Shown in pieces: positions 25,851 through 39,768 of a stretch of DNA of 64,000 nt. Numbering within the stretch: position 1 is the stretch's first letter; every line of letters starts with the position of its first letter. This stretch comes from Octopus vulgaris (taxonomy: Eukaryota): assembly GCA_951406725.2 (NCBI GenBank), contig OX597817.1, positions 118,544,001 through 118,608,000 of the forward strand, given 5' to 3'. Under the pieces are notes generated by a model. It searched no databases and was not told the DNA's origin. It was given only the letters and a program-made list of their open reading frames with translations. The position numbers and the translations under genes were made by a program.

Positions 25851-28800
25851 TGATACGTGGATGCGAAAAGTATACGTCTGTATGAGCAAGATTAGAATAT
25901 ATTTGAAATATTTTACATTTTTACGGAACTAAATAATGACAAAACAACAAAACTTAGGGCGTACATCTCTTACGACAGTTTATTGGTAGTTTCGTTTTTC
26001 TTTTGTTGATACAAAAGCTACCAGTAAAATACTTTTGTCCATTCTTTTTAAAGTATCGTTTGGTTTCTCTACAATTTCTAACCAACAGTCATAGGAAGAA
26101 ATCATATTTATTATTGATGATTTTATGTTGCTAGCTTGACACGGAGTTCAAAGCGCCGGACAAAATGCCTCTCGGCTTTAGTTCCATCAGTTTGAGATCT
26201 CAGCTCAAATACTGCCGAGCAAATTTTGGTTTTCATTGATCCGGTCTTCGGTGAAAAATTTTTTAAATATATATACCAGTCATGTACTCTAGTGAATTTA
26301 AGTTCTCCAAATTTGTGGTCTTGTGTCTATGTTACAAATTACTATTATTGCATGGTGAAATCAGTAGGTTCGTTTACGACTCTTAAGAACGTTCATCATC
26401 ATCTTCCACTTTGTGTCTATTACTCTCAAAATATATCTATTCAAATGAATTATATGTATATGATGCTGCCATTAATATTTTGATATCTATCAATATACGT
26501 TATACAACTTAAATAGTAACATTTATATCAATAATAATTTTTAAGGCTGCCTAAGCGTACTAATTTGTATTTTATTTGCTTTAAGGGTCAAATAAAGTAT
26601 TATATATTAGTCTTTGTCGCTGTTGTTCTTCAGCCTCGTCAGCCACATTCTTGCAAACCTATAATGTAAGAATTTCCAGCATTGACCAACCTGTCTTTTT
26701 TAAAGCTTGTGTATAAAGCTAACTTATACAATTTATTATGTTTTTATTCAGAAGAATGAGGTTTTATTTCGAAGAGATTTGGTTGCTAATGCCACCACGT
26801 CGAGCTTTATATAGAGGATCCTCCATTAGCTCTTTGTACTTGTTATAAAAGGCTACATTTGTAAGGATGAAGATGGTGGTGGGTGCTATTACTTTAGATT
26901 TATTACTACTATAACTAGCAGTACAGCCATCGACGATTGACTCTGATCATTATGCTGTTTATTGATATACAAACATAAGTATGGTAATACGTATCATCAT
27001 TTTTACTACTACGGTTATTTGACTTAATAACGTATCTCGATGTGTGTAAGACTTCGCTATTGTTTAGCTTCTCATCTTATTAGTAACTGATACCATGGGA
27101 TAGTTAGGTATGGAACAGCATTATGGTTTCTGCATTTGACGCCTATGTATTTGCTATTATGTAGAACATATACGATTTGGTATAGTTAATATTTCGCATT
27201 TCATTTAAAAGATTATATCAGAAGAGAAACACTTTTCTGATATATTTTGTTCCTGGTTTTTCTCCAACCTCTCAGAGATTTTCTTCTTCTTGGGTTTTGT
27301 AGATTGGAAAATTGTCTACTGCTTAATTTCAAGTCGAAAACAAATATTTGTAAAAGACATTTGTTTCCACGAAATATTTGCCGAAGAAAAAATATTTTAG
27401 CCTTTTCATTTTCCCAAACTTAGGCTGCATATTTAAGTATTATGCTTTGTGATAGTAATTCAGAATATATTGCTTCTATTGGTAACAACTTGTAATTGAG
27501 AACCTATTGTGCAACAAGTAGATCTATGACCCATCACTTACAAGTCGATGGTCAAGTTTAAGTGGAGTAAATGTGGAAATATATATTGAACAATTCGTGT
27601 AATTTATAAATATACTACTGAACTTCGCACACTTTATATGTATGTGTGTGTGCGTGTGTGCATGTGTGTGTGCGTGTGTGCATGTGTGTGTGAGAGAGAG
27701 AGAGAGTGTGTGTGTGTATGTATGTGTGTGTGTGTGTGTGCGCGCGTTTTTATATGTATGTGCAATTATGTATGTATGTGCACATATGTAATCGAACGTC
27801 GCGTTTTTACCACGTTTTACTTAAAATATATGCAAATACATATTTAACCAATGTCTGCAAAGTAAAGCAGTATATAACTAGAACATAACAAAGTGCCATG
27901 ATCTCAGGATCATCAAAATATAAATAGGCACCACAGAGATGCTCATGTCACTTTCAGATTAATATTGTTGTGGATATAACTTGAAGGGACTGGATAAGTG
28001 AACCAATACAGCTAACCAAAGTTTTCACAAATTATATTCTGAAGGAAAGGAGGAAATGTAGTTAGTTTCATTGTGGGGCGAAAAGACATTCATGCAATAA
28101 GAATCTCCAATGTGGTTAGAGTGAACAGTCTTGTGTCGAGGTGAGATATTTGTACTTGGTTTTGAGCCAACAACTTGCTATTGGGCACCATTAATGGAGT
28201 TCACTCTCTCTTAAGCATTCGGCCTAGATTTCGTGAGTTATTTTATCCTCTTTTGCCCCATTTAGTCTGTGAGTTCTTGTAAGTAGGCATGAGAACTGTC
28301 CTTTTACTATTAGAATTTTTTTAAATAAAAAATTTTATGTTGTCTGCATAGCTCTGTAGACAGGTCCCCTGCCTCGTAATCTTCGTTTCATAGATTTACG
28401 TCCGTCTATGATTGAAAATATTTTTACAAGACGGTGGGTTGGTAGAATCGCTAGAACGTCGGTCGAAATTCTATGAGGTCTTTTTCTAGTACTTCCTGAT
28501 TTTATTATAAATCCCAGCAAGGTAAACTTTATCTTTCATTCATCCGGGGAATATAAATTATTTACCACTCTTGGGAAATTGACTGGCGAAAGAATTAAAG
28601 CATAGAATACGATACCTTGTGGTATATCTTAAAACTCTTTAAATCCAAAATTCGACTAATGTTTGGGAAATTTTAGAGAAGCCACCTGTGTTGCAAGCAT
28701 TTCCACCGCGCATCTGGTCTCTGGCTTGAGGTTACATACCTTCCTTCTTTCTACCAATCACAGAGACCCAGTAAAATAGCTTTACTCAGGCTTATTGATA

Positions 28801-28916
28801 CGACAGACTGGCTTCATGATAGACAATTTTTCCATGGACTGGGCTACCGTGCGCATAACAGAACAGAATAATGTGCATAATATATCATTTAATTATCATA
28901 TATATATACATATATA

Positions 28917-28954
<38 letters not shown>

Positions 28955-28965
28955 CACACACATGT

Positions 28966-29038
<73 letters not shown>

Positions 29039-29640
29039 TATATACATGTATATGAATTAAAAGCACCGTGCAGAATGCGATAGCCAATAGCCAATAAAAG
29101 AGAAATAAAATTTTAAATTTCATTCTTTCTGAGCGGTCCGGTGTTTGGGGACGCCTGTACTAAAGCATCATGACAGCGAATTAATGCGACAAGAAACAAT
29201 CGATGAGAATTAGGAAATGTCAGAATGTGAAAGAAATCAATTAATATTAGTCGTGAAACATATCTTCTCATTCAGATGAAATATAGTGAGATCAAATAAT
29301 CTAAAATGTGGTGGTGCTATAATAACACTTTATTTACTAATTCAGTTTAGTAATTGCTTGCATGTTGTTCTGCATGAATAGCATTCCAATATTATAACAG
29401 TCGGTCGGTATATTTTTTTCACTGACCAACAAAGAATGGCCATATTTGAAGTTTAATTACGGCAGTCATGTATGTGCCAGACTGTCAGCTTGTCGCAAAA
29501 TATGTATGTTAACAGCTAATTCCATCAATAAAGAACTTTCAAACGAATTGCTTGAAAAGATAAGATATACGAATAATTAAACGTATTTAATATATTTGTA
29601 TATATAATGTGTAATACAATATATTACATTATTACTATCA

Positions 29641-30192
29641 AGCAGGGAGCTCGAAGAATAGTATGTACGCCAGGCAAAATACTTAGCGGTATTTCACCCG
29701 CTTTTACGTTCTAAGTTCAAATTGTGACGAGGTCTTCTGACTGTCGCACTGCGTCTCTCATTTTTAGACCTGTCCACTCACAGTTGTTGTTTTCCCACTT
29801 TTTTCTCTGTCTGCTACCTTTGACTGTTCCCCGAAGGACTGTTTTGGCCATCCCTGATGAGCTTTTCATCTTTTTAGATTCGATAAAATAAGTACCGTTG
29901 AGCACTGGGGTCGATGTAATCGACTTACCCACTTCCCCGAAATTGCTACCCTTGTGCCAAAATTTGAAACCTATATTACAATGCGCAATCTAGCAGAATC
30001 ATTATCACGCCGGACAATGTACTTAGCGGCATTTCGTCCCTATTACATTCTAAGTTCAAATTCCACCGAGGTAGAATTTGCTTTTCATCTTTTCGGGCTC
30101 GATTCAATAACTACCAGTTGAGCACTGGGGTAGATGTAATCGATTTACACCAACCCCAACAAAATCGTTGGCCTTGTGCCAAACTTTGAAAC
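29641..30192 (+). mobile_element. Two tandem family-A SINEs, the first interrupted by an RTE fragment
   Basis: Two occurrences of cttagcgg..ttctaagttcaaatt..gagcactgggg..gatgtaatcga..cttgtgccaaa. Confidence 0.8.
29727..29862 (-). mobile_element. RTE LINE C-terminal fragment nested in a SINE
   Basis: SSGMAKTVLRGTVKGSRQRKKWENNNCEWTGLKMRDAVRQSED. Confidence 0.75.
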
Positions 30193-30208
30193 TTATATAT
30201 TAGTATCA

Positions 30209-30258
<50 letters not shown>

Positions 30259-30270
30259 ATTATTATTATT

Positions 30271-30332
30271 CAGGTCACTGCCTGGAATGGAACTCGGAAT
30301 CTTGGAGTTGGTAGCCCGCGCTCTTAACAATG

Positions 30333-30395
<63 letters not shown>

Positions 30396-30572
30396 TCAAA
30401 ATACACCTTAGGAAGAACCCAGGTTCGAAATTTCCCCAAGGCACCTGATGAAGGCTGGAGGGTATATCAGCCGAAACATTGTGTTAACAACAAACAAGAT
30501 GACAAACATCCATCAATTGTAAATAATATAAACTATGTACTTAATTCCTCATCTCTTAAAGATAGAACTGTA
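30271..30572. mobile_element. tRNA-head/hammerhead element locus 1 (head on - at 30271-30328, body on + at 30392-30572)
   Basis: Head matches 41960-42035; the body contains the hammerhead core. Confidence 0.8.
30440..30485 (+). ncRNA. Minimal type I hammerhead ribozyme motif
   Basis: ggcac-CTGATGA-a-ggctg.gagggtatat.cagcc-GAAAC-ATT-gtgtt (G-to-A change at the cleavage triplet relative to other copies). Confidence 0.65.
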
Positions 30573-31047
30573 TATTGTATTAGTATTGCATATTTTTCAT
30601 TGAGGGACGAGATTTATTTAAAGCAGACGTTCTAAATGAAAAACTGAACAGAGAATATTCATTTAAACAGCAATCAAAAACCAAACATAATGTATAATTT
30701 CAGCTTGAGAGTTGTTGCTTTTTATGTTTGTGAGTCATTATTCCTCTTTCTAAATACTGACAGGCGAGAAAACATGAAACTAAAACTTGTGAAGAAATCA
30801 TGCCGAGTGCCAAGTTTGCAATGAAACGACACCTTGCAATCGTGAAGCCAAAATAATACAACCTAAAAAGGAAATTTATGGTCATTACAGTACACATAAT
30901 AGCATTTTAAAATATATGCGTCAGACAGGCTTTCACACGATTTTCCCCCTTAATTAACCTCTCAGACGCACACTCACACGAACACACAACACACACACAC
31001 ACGAACACATATCTGTATGTGTGTGTGTATATATATATATATTTATA

Positions 31048-31112
<65 letters not shown>

Positions 31113-31248
31113 TAGATACGTATGTACATATATATATACACACATATATATATATATACATGAATATACATACATTTATATATATTCACATGTACTTATT
31201 TGTATATAAATATATACATATATACACACATAATTACATATATGCATA

Positions 31249-31294
<46 letters not shown>

Positions 31295-31426
31295 AATATA
31301 TATATTTACTCATATATATGTATGTATGTACATATGTATGTATGTATATGTATATATATATACAGAGAGAGAGAGAAAGAGAGGAAACAAATATATATAT
31401 TTACACATATATATGTATGTATGTAC

Positions 31427-31484
<58 letters not shown>

Positions 31485-32092
31485 GGAGAGAGAGAGAGAG
31501 AAAGGGAGAGAGAGAGACAAACAGGCACATTCGCACACTCACACACACTCACACACACACACACACACAAGCATATTGTTTTGTTAGTTCGAAGTTTCTA
31601 AGGCTTTTTCCATACAGGGCAAAGAAATCAATATTTCAACAACAGAGTTTTATGTTATGTTGTTTTATTGGTCTCCAGTTTTCTACAGCTTTAATCCTAT
31701 TTCCCTCTTTGCCAATTACGTAAACGACGAGTAAGTGAAGTCAATGAGTGATAAATATATTTTTTATGAGAAAACATATAACTGTATGAGTGTGTGTGTC
31801 TGTGTGTGTGTGTGTATGTATGTGTACGCGTTGCAGTGAGTGTGTGTTTGTCTCTGTGTATGTATGAATGTGCTTGGTGGATGTGTATATATCACCGACA
31901 TGCATTTATTAATCGGATACTTCTGTCTCTATGTAACTGGACATACATAAGTAGGTTCTTACATATTTATTCATGTAATAGGCGGAGATTCTTCAACACG
32001 CAGACATACATATATACATACATATTATAAATAGATAGATCGATAGTCAAACAGACAGACAGACAGGCAGACAGACAGACAGATAGAGAGAG

Positions 32093-32175
<83 letters not shown>

Positions 32176-32407
32176 CGGGTAGTCATGATGGGTATACTGT
32201 GTCACATGATGGGTATACTGTGTCACTTTGATAACATGGACTGCTCTCTCATTCAACAACAATAACTTTATGCAAAACCAAATATATGGCACCCTAGTTT
32301 TAACACCAACTTGAACTTCTAACTTGTCTCTTGAGGTCTCTGGGTGAGACTTGAAGTCAACTTGTACAAATACAAAGCAAAAGTCAAACATATAATAATA
32401 ATACTTT

Positions 32408-32617
32408 CTACTATAAGCACAAGGCCTGGATTTTTGTGGGGAGGGGGACAATTGATCACATCCACCCCAGTACTTGACTGGTATTTAATTTATCGACACC
32501 GAAATGATGAAAAGCAAAGTCGACCTTGGCGGAATTTGATCACAGAACGTAGCGACGGGCAAAATACCGCTAGGTATTTCTCACCATCTTGCTAACGATT
32601 CTGCCACCTCGGTGCCT
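32408..32617 (-). mobile_element. tRNA-derived SINE family A
   Basis: ccccagtacttgactggtatttaatttatcgac..gcaaagtcgaccttggcggaatttga..ctaacgattctgcca. Confidence 0.8.
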
Positions 32618-32699
32618 TTCTAATAATAATTATTAGTATTATCATTGATATCATTTGCATATCCACTCAACAAATTAGACTGTAGCAAAAGAAATGAAT

Positions 32700-33039
32700 C
32701 CTAACATCGGGCTACAACAAGTAACCTTAGATGCCACGAACCCTCCTATTGGGTGACAGCAAGTAACCTTAGTTGGCAAGAATTCCCTTAAATATCCTAG
32801 CTATCACCAATAACACTGTTTTCTGAAGCTGTACTAAACTGGGTTTTATGTTTATTTCCTCTATCCATCTGTTCAGATCTTTAGGGATAGTTCCCAATAC
32901 ACCTATATCTACTGGGATACATTGTACCTGCGCTTTCCATAGTCTCTTTAATTCAATAACTAGGTCCTGGTACTTTTCTATTATTTCTATACCTCTCATA
33001 TATTAATTTTTTCATCAATTGGGACTGTAAAATCAATTA
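32700..33039 (-). mobile_element. R4/Dong LINE endonuclease-end remnant
   Basis: IDFTVPIDE..EKYQDLVIELKRLWK..IPVDIGVLGTIPK..LQKTVLLVIARIFKGILAN*. Confidence 0.8.
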
Positions 33040-34665
33040 CACTGGGCAGCAAAACGTTGTTTTTGTCTGGTGCCTGGTTTATTTCAACGAATTCGTGATT
33101 TTGCATGCTAAATTAAAAAATAATTACAGTTTTCTCTATCAGGTCTAGTTTTCTGACTAGAACTGATAGAGTAAGTATAAGTGACATACAATATGAATCA
33201 ATAAAAGAGCCTAACACAAAACAAAACAAAGTACAAATAAAAATTCAAAATTCAAAATGCACATTGGCAAAGAATTTTGGCAGAAAATTCAAAGAATAAA
33301 TTTACGCTTCTTTGTGCACCGTAAATGTCGAACAACAGGAGTATCGCGTTTTTAATCGTCAAGACTGGAAATACACTGCAGATATACTTGAAGCACTCCC
33401 ATTTTTGTCAAGAGCTTTGAGGAATTACTTGATCAATTCGAGTTTGATGTGCAAATGAGAGGAATGATCTTATCTCTCTCAAGTAAAAGTTCTAATATAT
33501 TGGCAGCTCTACATGGAGCCACATTTGTTCGAGACAATCAGTCTTTCTTAACATAGTAGATAACACGGTCTCTAATGTCCTACATGCAAAGAAGGCATGG
33601 ATATTTGGTATAACAGGATTGGTGCCCCATAAGAAAATTCACCATCTTTAAGTTAACGCAGATGACCCATCTATGATCATGATACAGTATCTTCCCTCAA
33701 ACCAACTTAATTTCTTCATATTTTTCCTTCAGAGTTGTTGAGTGGCCGAGTAGGACAGCGCCATACATATTTCCGTGGTGCAATAATACACATTTTAAAC
33801 TACGCTTAGAACTGTCTATGAAAAGACGTCATTCCTCTGGTTTTGTATTCCTCAATGCCAAGTTTATTAAGAAGCCCCAAAATATCTCTGTACTAAACCA
33901 ACTCTTTCTCTTTTCTGAAGAAAGAAAGGAATTCCTCAAGCCAACTCCGATAAGAGGTTATACGGACACCATTCTCTATAAGATTCTTCACTTTCAGTCG
34001 GGAAGCCAACAGTTCTGCAGAATATTTTGGGAGGTTCAAGTCGTGAACTAGATCATTCAGCTCTACCTGGGAGATTAGCTGAGGTAAAGTCTCCACTGTA
34101 AAGTCTTGATCTCTAGTGTCATCTTCAGGTGATGAATCTTCTTTGGTTAAGGGTAAAGTTATCTGTCTTCAAAGTCAGGAACAGGAAGCTTTTCACTGTG
34201 TGGAAGAGAGGAACAGGAAGCTTTTCACTGTGTGGAACCGGTCTAATAACACAGGCAAGATTAGGATAGACAAGTGTTTATCGATTTTTCCGGTAAATAC
34301 CCTTCGAATTTAGTTTACAAAAATAGCAGTCGTCCACTTGATTATAGGGTTCCTGCCATACCATTGCTATAGCAAACCTCATACTTTACCTTGTCCCATT
34401 AGTCCATTGTCACACATGTTCTGTACATTGTTTGCAGACACTGTGCGGTGCCCAATATTTATCTTGGTCTCCCAATTTTGACCCCAAAATATGCCATATA
34501 TGCTCTTTCAACAAAATTAGCGATGTTTCTTCAATTTCCAGGTAATGTCTATTCTCTGCAAACACAATAAAACACATTTGGAGAATTAGCTTAACATTTT
34601 CTTGAAGAGGACATCTTGCTCATTTTCTGTTGCCTTAATTCACTACAAAATCTAAAAAGTATGGA
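33040..34665 (-). mobile_element. Fossil DNA transposon, Chapaev3-like (CMC superfamily) transposase pseudogene
   Basis: CACTGG terminus at 33040; minus-strand peptides SQVELNDLVHDLNLPKYSAELLASRLK, RLFIDSSKRSLKCVLLH, APHSVCKQC, MVWQEP..DDCYF; superfamily assignment from recall. Confidence 0.7.
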
Positions 34666-36967
34666 AATTAAATTTTTGTGTCATCGCTTCCTCATCAATT
34701 TATCCATTTCCAGGTAGTAACCGAAAGCACAGACAACAGTGGACGAGTGCAGTTGCCGAGTGGTATCCAAGAAATGTGTAAAGACTACTTGGAAGACTTC
34801 GACGACGATGGAAAAACGGTTTAGTTAAACAACCTAGGCCAAGAAGGAAAGTAATGTCGCAATGAAGAAACAATTGGAAACGCATTATAACCAGTGAGGT
34901 ATAACAGCATCTGATAGTTTCGTCCATACAGTGATACCGTGAATATAGCAATGTTTACCAAATGAAATACTTATTCTTATACGTACATTTATCGAGCTTT
35001 TCTATCGTTGATATTTTTGTTGTTACATTGACTGGAGTAGTTACCACTTCTGACATGTTCAGAATTCAGTCTTTTTATATGAATCGTGGGACAAAGCTAT
35101 ACAAGTAATAATTGTTTTCCGGAACTGTGTATCTCAAAATACACGTGAAGATATATATAATATTATGTTCGGCGTAAGAGACGAATAGAAGAAGACCCAG
35201 GCTTAAAATAAGTAAGTATTGGGTCTATTTCTTCCGCTTAGCCCTCCAAAGATGGGCCACAGCATGTTCGCAGTCGAATGACACAAACAGGTAAACAATA
35301 AACGATAAAATAAGATATCTGAATAATCTGTGTCCGCGGTTCTGACAGTTACTGTGATCTAATTCCGTTGGGTTTAGCTCTATATCCTAAAACCTATACA
35401 CCAAAGCAACGCACAAAATATTGGGTTGAAAATAAAACCTTTTTGGATAGAAAAATCGAAGGCTGACCATAGGATATGAACTCACATCTCCTGTAGATCT
35501 AACCGACATTCTACAACTATACCAAAGCAAATTTTTATGACATGAACAACATACAATTAAGTTGGAATAAAGTTTCTAAAATTGACAGAGGTTTGCGTTC
35601 GTCAATTAGCAAAACGCTTTTCATCTACACAGGGGATGTGGGTTCGAACTTCACGGTTACCCTTAGATTTTTCTCCCTATCCGTAAGAGTTTTTATTTTC
35701 CAACCCAATAATTACATGCTTTGATCTAGTTTTAAATCTGCTTCGAGTTCCACCGTTCTAAAACAATTATTTTACATAATCTCGAAAGTTTATAAATTCC
35801 TATGACGTCAACAATATAAAAGTAATGTCTTTTCTTACCTAATGGTGGCAACGGTGTACTTAATTAGAAGGATATGTGTTACTAAATCTCAGTGCACTAG
35901 CTATAAATGTGATGCCTTCACTTGCTTGGTTGTAGCAGACGATGTATCTAATTAAAACGTTATGCGTTATTAAATCCCACTGCTCAAATATTCTTGAATA
36001 CAAAATGAGTTTTAATGCAACTGGAAAACGATGCTTAAAAGATTGGCTTTTATGAAGTTAATGTTTCAATTAGTACAACGATTTAAAAAAATTCAGGAGA
36101 TTACTAAACATTTCTGCTGATAACTTTAAGATCGGTAGTTAACGAATAGCTTGTGGCGAAATTTCTTCAACTCTCTGGCATTTGCATAATCTGACAGCTG
36201 CATAAGCCTTTAATTTAATTTGCGTTTAAGTGTAATGCATTAACTTAGACATATTTTGCAAGAATTTGAGAGCTAATCAAATTCTTCTTTTTTCCAGTCT
36301 GAACTAGGTGTAGCATTGTTATAAATAAGGGGATATTTCGTAGATTTTAATCTTGTTACTGGTCACCAGATTCTGAGAATAACTTCATACAAGCTTGTTA
36401 CAGACGTAAAGTAACATAGAATATGGGAGACTTTTCCTCCAGCAACAACAGTTTATTATAGGAAAGTAAATCAATATACAGCAAGAACAGTATTCCTATT
36501 GGGTACACTTCTGTTCGTTCGTAAACTTTTAAACTAACATCAAATGTATACACATACATAAACATGAGTTTATATACACGAACACACGAACAGAAAACAC
36601 ACAAACGCAGGCATACATACACGCGTATTTTATGTGTAAATGTATATAAATGTGTGGAAATAAGTATATTAGCGTATTTCAGCATGTGCGGATGAGCTCT
36701 TCATTCCTACAAAGGTTTATTGGATTTAGCATCTCTCTTTTCTCGTAATTCGTGCTTCAAACCAGTAACCACACTCCCATAGATGCAACAGAGTGCTATA
36801 ATCTGGTATAGTTCTCATGAAAATCAAATATCAAATCCATCAGAAATCTGGCCCCAACTATATCTACAACATTTGACGCCGGAGATTTCTGGTGTTTTCA
36901 ATATAAAGCACACACACGCTAGTGTTTGTATGCATTAGGAAATAAATGTACATAAGTACGTAGCTAC

Positions 36968-37028
<61 letters not shown>

Positions 37029-37245
37029 ATATATATGTATGTGTATATATGTGTGTGTGTATGTATGTATATATATATGTATGTACACATATATATATAT
37101 TATATATATATACGTATACATAATTCATTCAACTACTTATATATATATATATATGTGTGTATATATATATATGTACATATATATATATACGTATGTATAT
37201 TATATATATGTATGTTTATATATTTGTATATATATATATATGTAT

Positions 37246-37277
<32 letters not shown>

Positions 37278-37977
37278 ATGTATGTATATGTATATACATA
37301 CATATATGTATATACTTATGTAGGCAATATATATATATACGTATATATATAAATATGTCTATATAAATTTATATATATATGTGTGTATACCTAAATACAT
37401 ACATATATATATATGTGTAAATGTATGTATGTGTGTATGTGTATTAATATATGAATATATTTAACACATATAGAAGCGCATAAATACGTGTATGATGCAT
37501 GTATTTGCATTCATTTAAGCGCGTAGGCGCGGACGTATGTAAAATTGTTTGGGCATGCCGATGACTCGGCATCGGCTCATGCATAACATGATCTGTTTAA
37601 GCAGAAATATGATATGTATCCACATGTAGTATTATTTATGGCTCAGTTGCTGCATATGTCATTGCAATATATATTTCGGAAGGTTTCTCTAAGCCGTGTT
37701 TCTTATTGGGTTTCTGAAATTCACCATCAAACATCCGATTTTAGTTCCCTTTGTTAAGTTCACAGAAACACACCAGTCGGAAGAATATATTTGGAATATG
37801 GTTTTCATATGCATGAAAAGCAATTTAATTTTGAATATATACAGTATTTAAGTTACGAAAGTTTCGAATATCAAGCTGCAGAAATTTCTTTCTCACTTCA
37901 GCCATAAAACTGTATCTACATAATCCATACCATCTTGTCTTCTTCCGAACACATTTTTACTTGTATTTTCTCACTCC

Positions 37978-38121
37978 ATACATACATACATTCATACATA
38001 CATACATACATACATACATACATACATACATACATACATACATACATACATACATACATACATACATACATACATACATACATACATACATACATACATA
38101 CATGTGTGTGTCTGTGTGTGC

Positions 38122-38158
<37 letters not shown>

Positions 38159-38175
38159 AAGAGAGAAAGAGAGAG

Positions 38176-38207
<32 letters not shown>

Positions 38208-38220
38208 GAGAGAGACACAC
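37978..38220. repeat. (CATA)n, (TA)n, (GA)n repeats
   Basis: Direct reading. Confidence 0.95.
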
Positions 38221-38230
38221 ACTAAAACTG

Positions 38231-38439
38231 ATTTCAAATTTTGGCAGAAGGCTAGTAAGGGAAGGGGGAAAGTTGATTACAACGATCCCGAACACTCAAC
38301 TGGTACTTCATTTATCAACTCTGAAAGGATGAAAGGCAAAGTTTACCTCTGCGAAATTAGAACTCAGAACGTAAAGACGCACAAAATGCCGCTAAACATT
38401 TTACCAACCGTGCTAACGATTCTGCCAGCCTGCCACCTT
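38231..38439 (-). mobile_element. tRNA-derived SINE family A
   Basis: ctggtacttcatttatc..gaaaggatgaaaggcaaagt..gaactcagaacgtaaagacg..gctaacgattctgccagc. Confidence 0.8.
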
Positions 38440-39469
38440 CCACTATAATAATATTTGCAATATGAGATGGCACGTAACGTATATGATCACTGCAGTGGGT
38501 CCCGTTATTAGGTTATAAAACGTATATATTGGATGCTTCTTTTTGGCAACGAAAAAGTTGTTGGCATTCAGAATAAGTAAACAAAGCCTTTTTCGATGAC
38601 ATCAAGAAATAAATCCGAGTTATTTTATTTGTACTCTGTCCGTGAAATTATTCTGAGTCTCCTATCTGAAACTCCAAAGAACATTGCTCCATAAAGTATT
38701 TATATTTTTCCATTTTTGGTCCAGTGAACTCTCTATCTATCTATCTATCTATTTATCCCCTCTCTACCCCTCTCTCCTCTCTCTCCCATCCCTCTCTCTC
38801 TCCCATCCCTCTCTCGCTCCCATCCCTCTCTCTCTCCCATCCCTCTCTCTCTCCCATCCCCCTCTCTCTTTCTCGCTCTCGCTCTCGTTCTCTCTCTTGT
38901 TGTTCGCTTTTTCTTTCCTTCTTCTCCCTGCTCTCCTCGCTATTACTTTTTCCTTCTTGAATTCTCTATGTTCCCCCTGTCTTTAATGAGCATACCATCA
39001 AAACAATCAATACATATGTTTAAAAATAGAAAAAAAAACATTTTTGCAATGCGAGGTTAATTTCTGTTTGGGAGTCGTTCAGCCTTCCAAAGGCGATAGC
39101 AAAAAATTTCCCTAAAATCACATCTTAAAAAAAAAAGAGGAAATATTGAGTAATGTAGTTCTAGATATATCAGATACCTTATTTCTAAATAAAATAAAAA
39201 CAGATGATTAAAGCTAGGCCACCTTTGATCATAGGTCTGACGGACTATAGCTGTCTTGATTCTAAACATTAATACATTCTCTTGTCTCAGACAAGCATTT
39301 AAAATCGTCAGAGTTACTACAAATGGAAGCTCATGCAATTACTGATATCTCTTCCAGGATTCTGACATTCATAACATAAGAAAACCATCAAATATAGTAC
39401 AAGGTCCCATAAGTGTTGAAGGTTGTTCCTCAAGATATGATGTTTGTACTGGCACTGAATTGGTCACGA

Positions 39470-39768
39470 TGACAAGGGTTCCAGTCAATCCGGTCAACGG
39501 AATAGCATGTTCGTGAAATTAACATGCAAGTGACTGAACACTCCACAGACACACGTACCCTTAACGTAGTTCTTATGGAGATTCAGCGTGGCACAGAATA
39601 TAGCAAGACCGACCTTTGAACTACATGTACAACTCGTTTATGTCAGCTGAGTGGACTGGAGCAAGATCAAATAAAGTGCCTTGCGCAGGACACAACGCGC
39701 CGCCTGTAATCGAACTCATGACCTTACGATTTTGAGCCGATTATCCTAACCGCTAAGCCACGCACCTT
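39470..39768 (-). mobile_element. tRNA-derived SINE family C
   Basis: Minus head GGTGCGTGGCTTAGCGGTTAGG...GAGTTCGATT, then GCGTTGTGTCCTGCGCAAGGCACTTTATT. Confidence 0.75.

Noticed and set aside
29853-29865. CTGATGAG hammerhead half-core
   Set aside because: Lies at the RTE/SINE junction with no stem II or GAAA partner
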